Assembly: GCA_043228905.1 (NCBI GenBank)
Contig: JBHGNT010000006.1
Span: 14,880,001 to 14,944,000 of the forward strand
Length of the DNA stretch: 64,000 bases
Direction of reading: 5' to 3'
Origin: Azolla caroliniana
Taxonomy: Eukaryota > Plantae > Polypodiophyta
The translations under genes were made by a program, and so were the position numbers. Positions 51,421 through 64,000 of the stretch are shown here, in pieces. The first letter of the stretch is position 1, and every line of letters begins with the position of its first letter. A model generated the notes under the pieces. It was not told where the DNA came from. It saw nothing but the letters and a program-made list of their open reading frames with translations, and searched no databases.

Positions 51421-52949
51421 TGTAACAAAATGAAGTTTTTCAGGGATAGGGGGAGATGACAAATTTGGACACATCTGCACCACTCGGCTTCTTCCTTGAT
51501 GAAGCAGAAAATCAAAGAAGAACCAAATGCCCTTGGATGTCGAGTTTCAAAGCAACTCAATGTGGTGCAGAAGTAATTAAGAAAATAGGGGAATGTGAGC
51601 TACACCGCCTAGAAGCCATGGTCTAGATGAAAAGGAAACTAGGCCTAGTACAAAGTCATTTCCTTTATCGAATATGTTACACCATAACATGTTTTGTACA
51701 AATACTAGAAATCTTTTAGCTTAAGTTCTATTTTTATTTTTATTTCGATGATTGGGTAGACACCCTATTTAATTGTACACCAATTGTCTCATGGGCCAAA
51801 TTTTGGCCTTAGAAGACGTTAATATATCTTTCTTCTTTCTTTCTCTCTCTCTCTCTCTCTTGGAGGTAGGCCACAATTAGTACATGAGCTCAGAGTAGGG
51901 CAAGCAATTAACGTAATGATCATAGTATTGGGCAAACAATTAACACACTAGTCACAATATTAGGAAACGACAACAAGTTTATGATTGAAGATCCTTATTA
52001 AGGGTTATAAAATGTTTGATTAATTAAGGGAAACCCTTTATATCTCAAGGTGTACAACAATGATGGCAGGCGATTACAATGGTAGTGGTAATGGTAACCA
52101 CTAGTTAAGCAATAGAGAAAGAAGGAAAGAGAGCTGAAGAAAGATTAAGCTTCTAGTGAAGATGGGATGAGTAGGTCGCCGAGAACGCGACTACCACCAA
52201 AGGCTTTGACACTACAAGTTGGGATATAATTCTTAGGCACTTCGTTTACTCTTTGTGTGACCGACGTACAAGCTTGTCAATCCACTCCTTGAAGCTTCTC
52301 TGAGTTCTGATCACAGAAGATGACGAAGACAAAGACGACAAACAATGTAGAAGAGCTTGCAGGAGACTAGAACACCAAAAAATCCTCCCCCCAAAATGTG
52401 CCCTCCACCCTCATTTTGTAGGAAGAGAGCGTTCCCTTTGCATTCAACGTTTTCCTTAATCAGTGTCGCGCTGACATGTCCTTTGTTCCCTTCAATTCCT
52501 CTGCACATACCATTGCTCCTTTTTCTTTTCTTCTCCCTTGCGTCTTCTTTTTTTTTCCCCCCTTTTTTCATCTCTCCCTCGCTTTTTCTACATGCTTATA
52601 TGTATATATATATATATATATTCTGTGGTAAGCGAGGGCGGGGAGATCAGAGGAGACGATTGCGTTCTGACATAGAAACAAATTGAAACCCTACCAGACA
52701 TGCAGTTTAGGGTGACACATGGCATGATCCCCTTCATTCCTACGCATGAGACATGGTCCCCTGCCTAACAGCGAAATATCTGTAGAAGATCAGTATAGAC
52801 ATTGTCCTCGTGTCCCAATGAATATGCCTTTCAATGAACACATTCCCGTAAATGATTCAGAAACCTTGATAGGGGAAAAAGCAAACACCACTTATTATCC
52901 AGAACATTCTTCCGGTCTTTCATCTGGTCATAAAATGGAGGATGTTAGA

Positions 52950-54992
52950 AACTCCACAAATGATGATATTTGTGATAAAAGGTCAAAATTTAGGAGAAGA
53001 AATTTGGGGGGAGTGTTTTGCAATGATATTTTGCTGGTGGTCTAAAGGATGCAGCCATGAGCATAGGTGGTATATGCAAGCTATGGTCATTGACAAATAA
53101 AATCAATTTCACAAGAACGTGGCTCACTTCAAAAATCTCGGGATATTTTTGTATAGTGTGTAGTGCTTTGGTGGTCATGTATGCCAAATGTGGCTCACTT
53201 GAAGAAGCCCGAGATATTTTTCATAGTCTTTGTGTTCATGATGTTGTGACATGGACCATGTTAATTGTTGCTTATACTGACCATGGGCATGGTGAGGAAG
53301 CCCTGCAATGATTGTGGAAACATGGGGATAGATAAGAGGGGCAAAGATTTCCATAATGATGTTGTTAATGAAGGGTTCCGATACAGATTCCTTCGTTGGC
53401 AACATTTTAGCGGATCATCCTCTTCATTGTTACAACATGTGGTAGACTTTTAGCTCAATTTGATCATACATTACATGTTTTAACATATTCAACTCTATAG
53501 AAATTTTGAGTGATGATGAAATTTTGAATATATGCGGTCTTCCAAAAATATATGTAGTCTTTTGAATATATATGGTATTTGGAATATATTTGGCTTGTTG
53601 CAAAGTTGAGCCTGGTGGATTTTTTGGCAATATTGAAACAAAGTTATTTTTTTGGCAATACTGTTATTTTTGTACAAAGATATGTTTGAAATGTTATATG
53701 AGCAAGATATATGGTCTTTTGAATTCTGCCCATACAAATGGAACCCTTTCTTTGGATACACTTTGATCAACATGTATATGAATTTTGGCTGTCTTGAAAG
53801 TGCTGGAAGAGTGTTCAAATATCTACCCAAGAGAGATATAGTTTTGTGGACAACATTGGTCACTGGGCATGTAGATTATGGATTCAATGAAGAAGCACTG
53901 AATGCTTTTGAAGCAATGCAAAGTGAGTGTATTGTTCCATATGCATTTATGTATGTTTGCATTTTCAAAGCTCGTAAAAAGCTAACAAACCTTGAGAGAG
54001 GAGGAAATATGCATGCAAGGGTAGTCAAGAATTGTGTTTCTTAGAAGAAGTGCTTTTGAAATGTGGTACACTTGAAGAAGCACAAGATATATTTGATAAG
54101 CAACAACCCATTTGTTGCAATGTGATTACATGGACTGCCCTTAATAACAGGCTATGTCGAGCACAAACGCTATGAAAGAGGCACTTTTTACATGGAAAAA
54201 ATGCGAAACAAATGCATCTTGCTAACCCCCATATGAGAAACATTTCCTGTGGAATTCTCAGAGCATTAGATAGAGCACATGAAATTCTTGTTGGAGCTTA
54301 TGCAGAGCAAGGCCATAGTGAGGAAACCCTCCAAAATTCTGAAAATATGCATTGTGAGCATCTCTCTCCAAATGCCACTACCTTTAACATGCAGCTTAAA
54401 AGCTTGTGGAAGTATAGGAGCGAGAACTAGAGGCGAGCATCTCTCCGGTTGAGGCTACGTTTATCTCTGGCTTAACAGCATGTGGCAATCTAAGGGCAAT
54501 AGGGTGAAGCTATGAAGAAAGGGTTGTAAGAAGTGGTCATTGGCAACACCATGGTTTCTATGTATACAAAATGTGGTTTGCTTGGAACAGCAAAAGATGT
54601 GTTTGATAGGCTCCTATTCAGGGATATTGTCTCGTACAATGCATTAATGACTGGATATGGATGGTCACTTGAGGAGGAGAACATAAGCGTTCTCAATATC
54701 CTTCAGAAAATGAAGCAAGAAGGTATTAAACCTGATGCTACCTCATTTGTTTGTATCATTAATGCATATAGTCATGGAGGTTTGATATGGAAAGGGCAAA
54801 TGTATTTCACAACCATTAGCAAGGATTATGGTTTCACACCTACCCCCGATCTTTATAATCGTGTGGTTGATCTCATTGCTCGTGCTGGACACATGAACAG
54901 TGGAATGGCTATTATAAGAAGATGCCATTACATCCTGGTATTATGATGTGGCATATGATGCTTGGTGCTTGTAGGAAGTGGGGCAATGTTAC
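52950..54992 (+). pseudogene. PLS-class pentatricopeptide repeat (PPR) gene, fragmented, ending in an E-domain-like motif
   Basis: ALVVMYAKCGSLEEARDIF...DVVTWT; LINMY..GCLESAGRVF..RDIVLWT; MVSMYTKCG..AKDVFD..DIVSYNALM..IKPDATSF; VVDLIARAG; WHMMLGACRKWGNV. Fragments are in different frames with stops. Confidence 0.8.
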
Positions 54993-56740
54993 GGAAAGTT
55001 ATGGAAAAATGTATTCGATTCATGGGTGATTCTGGTTTGTCTTGATTCAGTCTTCTTTCCTTGGAAACAAGAGCAAAACGTTATTTATATATTTGTTTTG
55101 GTGATCTGGTTTTTGCAGCTCATTTGTCTTTTCTGTGGATAGGGCTATAGATCTAATGAAAGCTTATTATATGTATATCATTGTCAAGTTGATTGTTGTT
55201 CGTTATGCAGTCCCTTCATTGCCAAGCTCAAAGAGCCCCCTCTAATCCCATTTTACAAGCCCAAATCTATGCTGCAATAGGTGGTACGTCTAATGATGAG
55301 AAATCAAGTTTCTATCTTGAGCAATCATTTATATTCAGAGGGCTGGATGAGATGAAGTATCCAAGCTGCAAGACAGTACTCAACATCAATCCATGAGAAG
55401 ATAGTCTACAATGCTTGGCTGAAATATGAGAAAAGAGATGAAGAAATGGGCATTAGCCCAATTCCTAAGTGCAATTGTAATGTTCTAGAATGCCCACAAG
55501 CAGCTCTCATTATGTAAGGAACCCTGTCCTTCAATGATTTGTGATCCTTGCCCTTGTAAAACTGTTTTCAGCTGAAAAGAAAACTGATCTCACTGATCTG
55601 ATCACTTCATGGAAGATAATGTCGTGTTCCGAATCGGTGATAGAAAAGTAGCTTCTAACAGAAAGAGCCTTGCTGCTCGCTCGATGACTCATGCTTCCAA
55701 CAAAGGCATTACATAAATTGAAGCTGAAAATTTGAAGAAAGACACCTGAAGAGTTCATTATTAATGCATCGAGAATAATTAATCAATGTATTCTAAGAAT
55801 TGGGAGTGGCCCTTTAAATAACAATGCTCACAAAAGAGATCTATCATGTGTAATTTAGTCTCGAAATTAAAGGTTTCTGATTGCTCTTTATGTTCAGAAC
55901 TTATCTTGAAGTCATGATAAAAGAAACGGGCTTAGCGTTTTTATTTGAGAACTTATTATGCCCTCGTTTAAGTAGTAAGCACCTGAATTTCACATAGATC
56001 CTTATTTTAGCTTTCTTTGCATACATTTATGCTAATATTCATTCTTTAAACAAAACCAAGAAGTGTTCACATCTTACATTTCTTTTGCATTCAGCTGCTA
56101 AATTTTAGTCTTGAGAATCAAAGATTTGGAGGCACCTGCATTTTTGACAGATTCTTAACTGAATTGATTTTTTCTCTTTTTGTGGTAAAATATAATCTTG
56201 AAATTAGAAGATTCTTTTTTCTTCCTCTGACAACCGTTCCTCCATTCCGGGGAATAACTACTTCTTTTTTAGCATAGATACTTTATCTCATTTTACATTT
56301 CTTGTTGTGCATATGTGTTTGATTTCATTTTGAAATGAGAGACTTGGTTGGTCTTTTGTGCTGGTAAAACTCTGTTATTCTCGTCGCTGCATGTATTGCT
56401 CGTAGATTAATGAGGTATTAAGTGTTTTGTTTTTAATCTTCTACATTTGTAATGGATGCTTGCGGAAAACACTATTTTTGTGCAGAGTTGCTTCCTCTTT
56501 CCTCAAAATGACATTGACTAAAGATAACATAACTAACTTGTTCTATTCTGGTGTTAAATTGGATTGGCACTACTGAAGATTTATAGATTGTATTACAGTT
56601 TAAGTTAGCCAACCTGGGTAGTTTGTAGGTAGGTAGCCAACCCATCCCAGCCGAGTTACAAAATTTGTCACCTATACTTACTAACACTAACTATATATAT
56701 GTATGTATGCTTTTTATTTATAAACGTGACAGACAGACGA

Positions 56741-57376
56741 AGTGCGGAGGAGGAAGGACTTCCGAGAGGGAGGGATGGAGGGAGTAACAATCTGCAACGG
56801 TTCGGTTTGAACCGGAACCGTGAAACAAGGCTTAACGGTTTCAATGGTTCGGTTTAGGTTTACGCTTTTTTAAACGGTTTGGTTCAGTTTCAACAGTAAA
56901 AAACCGTGGTGCGGTTTAAACGGTTTAACGGTTTTTAATTTTTAATTTTTAAAATGTTTTTTTAAAATTAAAAAAAAAATAGTGCGGAGGAGGAAGGACT
57001 TCCGAGAGGGAGGGATGGAGGGAGTAACAATCTGCAACGGTTTCGGTTTGGTTTCAACAGTCAAAAACCACGGTATGGTTTGAACGGTTTAACGGTTTTT
57101 AATTTTTAATTTTTAATTTAAAATTAAAAAAATTGTTTTTAAACAATCTTTTCATTTTTACACCTTATTCTCACATTTTAGGAACATCTTACAAATTTTT
57201 AAAATTCTAAATAATGAAATATTATAAATTAAAACAAATAAAAAATTTGACCTATGTTGAAACTCGAAACCACGGATTTTACGATTTAAAAAATGTTTTA
57301 ACGGTTTCGCGATTCAATTCAGGTTAAAAAAATTGAACGGTTCGGTTTGGACCCTCTCAAACCGAACCAAACCTTT
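56741..57376. mobile_element. Non-autonomous DNA element (AACCG/CGGTT-rich, Helitron2/hAT-like) with a local duplication, just upstream of the Maf gene
   Basis: Many AACCG/CGGTT motifs. 11-bp hairpin GGTTCGGTTTG/CAAACCGAACC (57339-57368). A 60-bp segment at 56741-56800 is repeated at 56981-57040. Confidence 0.55.
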
Positions 57377-57493
57377 GCCTATTGTTAGGAGGGAGGGAGG
57401 GAGGGAGGGCGCACACAACCGGGACAGAGACAACAGCACCTCTCAGCCTCTCTCCTCTCCTCTCCTGCACCTCTCACACACACACATACACAG

Positions 57494-60400
57494 ATGGTGA
57501 TACAGCAGCACCTGCCTCTCCTGGCCTGCAAGCGCGTCGTCTTGGCGTCCGCATCACCTCGCAGGAGAGAGCTTCTGCAGAGCATCCTGGTAAGTACGTA
57601 CGTACGTACGAACATCTCATCTCCTCTCCCACACCCACACCTCTGCTCTGCCTCTTTCTTTTTCTTTTTCTTCTTCTTTCTGGACAACCAAGCTTAGCTT
57701 AGCTTAGCTTAACTTATTATTATATATATAGCTTAGATTAACTTATATATATCTATGTAGCTTTAGTAGGTATACGTGTTTCCATCGGGACTTTGATTTG
57801 ATGTTGATGGATAGAAGGAAGTCCAGCAGAGCAGAGCAGGTAGGTAGGTAGGTAGGTAGGTAGGGGTGGGTGTTTTGCCTGGTCACTCAACTCCGGATTT
57901 TTGGCTGTTGAACTGCAATTCTGCCCCTGACTATATATATATATATATATATTATATTATCAACCTGAAGAGCTAACTGCTTGCCTCCCTTTCCCCTTCC
58001 CTTTTGGTGGGAACTCCGAGTTCTTATGGGAGCTGCCAAAGCTACATACAACAAACACACGCCATGTTGCCTGCACTTTCCTTCTGTAGTGGAAAAACAT
58101 TGGATCGCCTATTTTTCTGCTAGGCCAAACACTTTGAGCACCACTACGCGTCCATTTGTACACTTTTATTTTTGCTGCTACTTAATAACAGCCTCTGTCT
58201 GCTCTTTGACTGTCTAGCTAATTTTTACAACTGCTTTCTAACAGCCTACTCACAGGTTGGCTGTGTCTATTTTGCTTCCAACTGTTCAGCTGCTGCTATT
58301 AACAGATTTTCTCACAGTTATAACTGTGCTTAATTGAAGTAATTGCAATCATCAGTCATAGCCACAAAAAAAAAACGGAATTTAATAAATGAAAATTAGT
58401 GTTGTGATGTGAAGCCAACCTGATAACTTCTTGAATACATATGTGAAATATGATGGTGTGGTTTTCCAGGGCCTAAATGCAGAAGTAATACCATCGACCT
58501 TTGATGAAAATCTTGAGAAGTCTGCTTTCTCTTGTCCAGGAGGTAATAGCATGTTCAAGAAATGATAATTTATAAATATACAAAGCAGATCCAACATATT
58601 CTTTTCTCTCACTGTTGCTGTTGTTCTATTTTTCTAGAATATGCTGCAGAAACTGCATTACACAAAGCTATCGAGGTTTCTGGTCGCACTTTTGTGGTAT
58701 ATTCAGTTTTCTTATTATCATTAGCATTTAGTTACACGTGAAGGTTGCGTAATTGCATTGCAATATAAAACATAGAAAGATCTTTGTTTGGTTGAGAAAT
58801 TGTTTAATCCTACACATGTCATTCTAGTATTGAAGGACATAAACTTTTATTGGATTCAACTTTCTTGCTTGCATATTTGAAATACTGGCTATATATAATT
58901 CATACTTGTCTTAGCATCATAACATGGTAAAAAAACCGGCTGCTTGACATGGATTATTAGTGTGCCCATATATTGTGCAACATGCAGTTTCATTTAAAAT
59001 TCATATCTGTTTCTGAACCATTTGAAAAAGATATATTGGCCTAGACTCTAAGCCCTCTTTTAAGACTTTGTAGATCTTCCCACGTCAAGCTGTACTTCAG
59101 CTTAATTACAACAGTTTCTTTTTGGATTTTATACCAGGCAGTTGATGGAAAACAAGCTGATCTTGTCATTGGAGCAGATACAGTTGTGGAGCTTGATGTA
59201 ATTTTCAGACTGAAATAACTCCATCTTTTAGTAAATATGGTAAATATATTGATCGCACAAAAATAATTCGTGGCGGTAAGAAGATATTAAACTTTTTAGA
59301 ATCTAATAATTCTTATTTAAGCATTATATTCATATATTTGAAACTGCTAATATAGAATAATGAAGCCAGCAAATAGTTCTTATCATTTCTATCCTCTGAA
59401 TACTATTTTAGAAAACAAAGGGATAAATAACTAAAGAGAAAATAGCCATAAATAGAAGTAATGAAGTCAAAGATCATTTCATTTCTTTCTGCTATAGTCC
59501 TTGGATACTTATCTTTGCATGCAACAAATATTGTCTCGTTCAAAAGGCTCTAAAGAAATGGCTAATCTAATGATCAAAGTGCGAGACTCAACTAGGAACG
59601 TGTAGCATTCTTATATTGTGTTATGTTTTCGTATTATGTTTACCCCTCAGGAGTCTATTTTTCAGGGGTTGATATTAGAGAAGCCAAAAGATGAGGCTGA
59701 TGCTTTTCGTATGCTTTCCATGTTGAGTGGTATGTATTGCTTTTTTTTTTTGCTTGTTGGTTACTTCACTAGGCTAGTGAAGACATATAATTATGGGAGG
59801 TACTTCTATGTTGGTCTTCCTTTTTTTTTTCTCAAAAAGATTTCCTTCATTAGTATTAAGAAAAGTGCCAAAGGGCTACAAAAATGTAAAATCAGAGAGT
59901 ATTATATACAAAAGAAATGGTCAGGGCAAGGACCAGGGGTGTTGATATCTCTATAACGGTCCTTTAGAGGAGACTGAACAGAGCCAACTTCCTCCATAAT
60001 TGCAGTAATTTTTTCCTTCTCTTCAGAACCTCCGAAGAGCTTGGCATATTGCCATATTGCCCCGCACAACCGCCAATAAGCTCCCCCATAATTACGGCAA
60101 TATATCTGAGAGAGGAGGAATTGAATTATGGACTCATATCCTCTTTTACAAAGATACTTCCATAATATCCATAATGTAACCATAGATATTGTTTTCCATA
60201 TATGGGCTGCACGCATTTACTTATGAGGTTGCTGAAAAGGGGAGACAGTAATTAGATGTCTGTTGATGATTGTCATAGCCTCCGGAGCATCATTTGCGTC
60301 ATACAATAGGAGACTGGAATGGAGAACCCCCCATACCGCTGATCCCTAAGAGAAGAGGCAGCCTGCATTAATTGTCAGGAATAAAGAGATAACTTTATTC

Positions 60401-62789
60401 CATACCTGTTGGGCTATTGAGCATGATCAGAGAGCATGCTTGGTAGTTTCCTGCATGTTACTGCAATAACAACATTGTCTAAGACAAGTTGCCACATCTC
60501 CTTTCAATGACTGACCTACTAGTAGTGCTGCATGTAGTAAAAGCCATATGAAGAGAATATATTTGGTTGGTCCCTTGCAATTACAATACCCCTTGAGCCG
60601 AACCCCGAAGGACTGAGGATTCGGCACCGTGTCACCTTAACCGGTAACAGTATCAAGGATCCTTGCTGACTTAAGGTCTGCGACATAGTGAAGCGTTGCC
60701 AAGCAGTTGGTATCAAGGTTCGAATTGTGACAGGGGACAACCTCATGACTGCAAAAGCAATTTTTGTAGAGTGTGGGATCCTTCAGGATGGAAATCTTGC
60801 AACTCTGTAACTAATCAAAGGAGGAAAGAAAATGGCATTTGCCAAGCTTCTCTATGCTGTGATGGTACTGATGATGTGGATGTCAGTCTTGCCGTGGGCA
60901 TCAGGGCACAGAAGCTGGAAAGGAGAGTTCAACATTGCGATTATGGATGACAATTTCGTGTCGGTCGTAAAAGTAGTACATACAATGGGGGAGATCAATT
61001 TACTGCAACATAAAGAAATTCATCCAATTCCAATTGACTGTGAATGTGGCAGTATCATCAGGGGAGGTGCCATTGGCTATTGTCCAGCTGTTGTGGGTGA
61101 ATCTGATCATGGATACGTTGGGAGTGATGGTGCACCTATAACCTGCTGGACATTCCCCGAATCGGGCTGAAAGAGCCCCTCATCTCCAATGTCAGCATTG
61201 GAATCAGCTCACTGAGCTGGCCAATCTCTTTTCACAATGAGAGAGAAACTTTTTACAAGAAAAAAGAATCTCACAAAAAACCCTAACTGCGCACTTTTTT
61301 CTCAAGATCAAAGTGTACGGATAACCGAATGCTTATTGTATTAGTACATGGTATATATCTTGAATCAGGTACATCAGCTTAGCAAGTTGTAATATTGCTA
61401 GTACATATTTTGATGAGTTTTATTGAAGTATGGAAGAGATTTAGGTAAGTCAAAAGGAATTGAGCAAATTCATGTAGTTGATGACTGGTGTCCAGACTCC
61501 ACATCATATCTGTTCTCGATGAGAACTTAGCAGGTGATCCTGTTGAATGGGTAATTACAATTGAGGGATATGCGACTAGAATTGGGAAACGATAAGGAAC
61601 ATAGTGTGATGGAAAGGACACTTGTTGATGTTAGCCAACCTAAACTAACTGCTCTAGGATCCACTGATTGTCATGATGGCCCAGTCCCTTCATTCGGTTG
61701 TGGGGATTGGAACAGATTGACATGGAGTAAAGCTACCATCAACAATCAAAATATAGCCATTGAAATCCATAATGAATGTCATTGCTAAAATAATTGAACA
61801 ATAGTTTTCAATTTCTTCCCCTTGTAAGAAAGACATTATAATTTCTCCTATGGTTTTGCAATGAGTTTACTAGGTTTCATCTGCAGGACGTCAACATCGT
61901 GTCTTTACTGGTGTCTCCCTCATTTTTCCTTCAGCTTGTGGTATGTACCACTTACACTGAAGTTCTGAAGCCATGATATATTATATATATGTTTGAGAGG
62001 ATAGATCGTATTCTTAACATTATTGTGGCTCTCTAGATCCCGTTCTCGGTAAACCACCCCTTGTACGCAGTTTTTGGGAGGAGACAAAGGTGAATCTTCA
62101 TGTGTAGCTAAGGCCTGTCACTGTCTTCTGTTAGTTAGGTCGCGGGCTTAACTTTCTAGGTTGATTTTTGTTTTTCCAGGTTGATTTTTGTGAGCTAGAG
62201 AAAGATGCTATAGATGCTTACGTGAAATCCAGGGAACCAATGGACAAAGCAGGGGCTTATGGAATTCAGGTATTTTGTTAAATAGATAAAATCGAATTTG
62301 CTAATACTGCTATGAACAGAGCATAGTGCATAAGTTGCTTGTCTGCTGTATTGTATCAGGGCATTGGTGGATCATTTGTGAGATCGGTTACTGGATGCTT
62401 CTACAATGTTGTTGGCTTTCCAGTTTACCGGTATGTTATTAATTTCTATTTCATGCTTATTAACGAGGCTTGCTTTTTACATGATCTTTTTTTGTAAGTG
62501 TTTTTTATGCTTGAAAGATTCCTCTAGTGTTGAATAAAAAGTATTCTATAGATTTCACAAAGTATGCTGTTTTTTGCTTGTTGGTTTTGCGAAGTTTTCA
62601 GAGAGGTTTTTCTCTTTTGTTTCAAGGTTATGAATCATAACCTTGAAACAGGTAAATGCTTGTTACATTATTGCAGTGATGGCAATTCTACGATGTATAC
62701 CTCATGTCAATATTTTTTGATATCAAATTTACTACAGGTTTTCTGCTGAACTTGATGGATTGATAAAGAAGGGAGCACTAGTTGTCTAG
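57494..62789 (+). CDS. maf: Maf-family nucleoside triphosphate pyrophosphatase (YhdE/ASMTL-like dTTP/UTP type), 10 exons, 223 aa
   Basis: GT-AG exons 57494-57589, 58470-58542, 58638-58696, 59138-59197, 59666-59729, 61887-61940, 62037-62089, 62180-62269, 62360-62430 and 62738-62789 total 672 nt in frame. Motifs [52 protein letters not shown]. Confidence 0.93.
59820..60800 (-). mobile_element. Degenerate L1-like LINE 3' fragment in Maf intron 5
   Basis: zf-RVT-like [13 protein letters not shown]...CCYC...ETTKHAL and LWILWKYLC on the minus strand. Poly(T) at 59820-59830 corresponds to a poly(A) tail. Confidence 0.6.
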
Positions 62790-63226
62790 GCTTATTGGTG
62801 GCAAAGATTTCTCTTGACAATTCATTTATTGCAGTTCTTTGGAAATGTGTCTATGCAGCAATCACCCATGCAGATGTGAAAGCAGCACACTTCCATAGGC
62901 ATCACATATCGATAACATTGATAAAATGTGTCAAAAGTGCTTCCTGCCTGATGTATACTTGCTAAAGAGGTGCAGTAATTGGATTTTCACTTTCAAAGAA
63001 TCCTTTGTGATCTGATCATCTTGTAGACACTCAAAAATGTGAAATTACTGACGGCTTCCAATTGCAGAAAATGCAGGATCTTACCCTAACCCTCACACAG
63101 CAAGATCACTTAGAAGAGTAAATGAAAAATCAGTAGATTAGGAAAACGGGCTACTGATTACAAATATGTAGTAAGGCTTATATAACCAATATCTACGGGG
63201 AGCTGGAAACCCGATGTTCACTTAAG

Positions 63227-63345
63227 TTCACACTATTCTAACTATGTTCACACATAACAGTTACTTAACTAGGCTCACACTATTCTAACTATGCTCACAC
63301 CCAACAGTTACTTAACTAGGTTCACACTATTCCAACTATGTTCAG
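63227..63345. repeat. About 2.5 copies of a 47-bp tandem repeat
   Basis: CACTATTC(T/C)AACTATG at 63231, 63278 and 63325. Confidence 0.8.
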
Positions 63346-64000
63346 CCCAAAGCTTTCATAGGATGCACATTAAGTGTAACACCAATGACTTCATATCGAA
63401 CATGTTGATATATCATGATTGCATGTTCAATTACATGTATGTGCCATAAGGATCATCAAATGCTATATATAGCCATTAAAAATTGACTATGCATGATGGG
63501 TCTAGTTAGGGTATATGATTCTAGCATGGGTTGTGTAAATAATTGATTATAATGAATGAGACATTGTTTCTTGAAGTAGATGGATGTAAATAATGGACAA
63601 GGTGTTGGTCCGTAAGGTAATCGTATTGTGCATGGTGTAGGCCAGATCATCTCATTGAGTGTCACTTGAATGATTACTATGCTATGTAGTTACTGTAATA
63701 ATACAAGGTTGTTTTCTCACATATCATTGGCCAATACTAGATTTCTCAAATACCAATGATTAGAATGAAGGAAGCTGTTTGTACTAATGTGAGTTGTATA
63801 CATAAGCAAGAATGAGAGCAACATTTTCCTAGCATTTTGAATCTACAAATGCTCATGGATTTCTTGCAACATACAAACCAGGAGGTGGTTTTGGCGTAAC
63901 TTGGTTTAAAGAAAGCGTTGAATCCCCTTGCCTAGCTTTTTTTGGCTCAAATATATTTTTGATACTAGAATTTTTCTTCTCATCTACATAATGGGTAGTT

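Noticed and set aside
60832-61170. Secreted-peptide-like ORF in Maf intron 5
   Set aside because: Lies beside a minus-strand LINE relic and is probably its antisense. No supporting motif.

Overview
This is eukaryotic land-plant nuclear DNA. A fern or other seed-free plant is inferred from the PLS-PPR style, a Tcn1-like element and tRNA-Trp-primed gypsies. About 52 kb is a nested graveyard of LTR retrotransposons and LINEs whose insertion order can be rebuilt from target-site duplications (TSDs). A minus-strand copia (17334-37935, TSD TGAAC) holds a non-autonomous gypsy and a second copia (26671-37693), which in turn holds a young intact copia (30888-36402, single ~1337-aa ORF, TSD GACCG). Also present are a self-priming Tcn1/Tf1-like gypsy (11045-15139), a tRNA-Trp-primed gypsy (42119-48929), solo LTRs, LINE fragments and a 148-bp TG..CA element with 29-bp TIRs. 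The right end has a degenerate PLS-class PPR locus and a complete 10-exon Maf/YhdE-type nucleotide pyrophosphatase gene (57494-62789). The most notable signals are: antisense tRNA-like (A/B-box) modules inside the LTRs of two unrelated gypsy families; a tRNA-Trp gypsy family making 4-bp CCGG-type TSDs; a slippery site plus pseudoknot after the protease; a TATA-centred palindrome with compensatory changes; and a MITE-like element with integrase-type ends. All calls are by eye, with no database searches.
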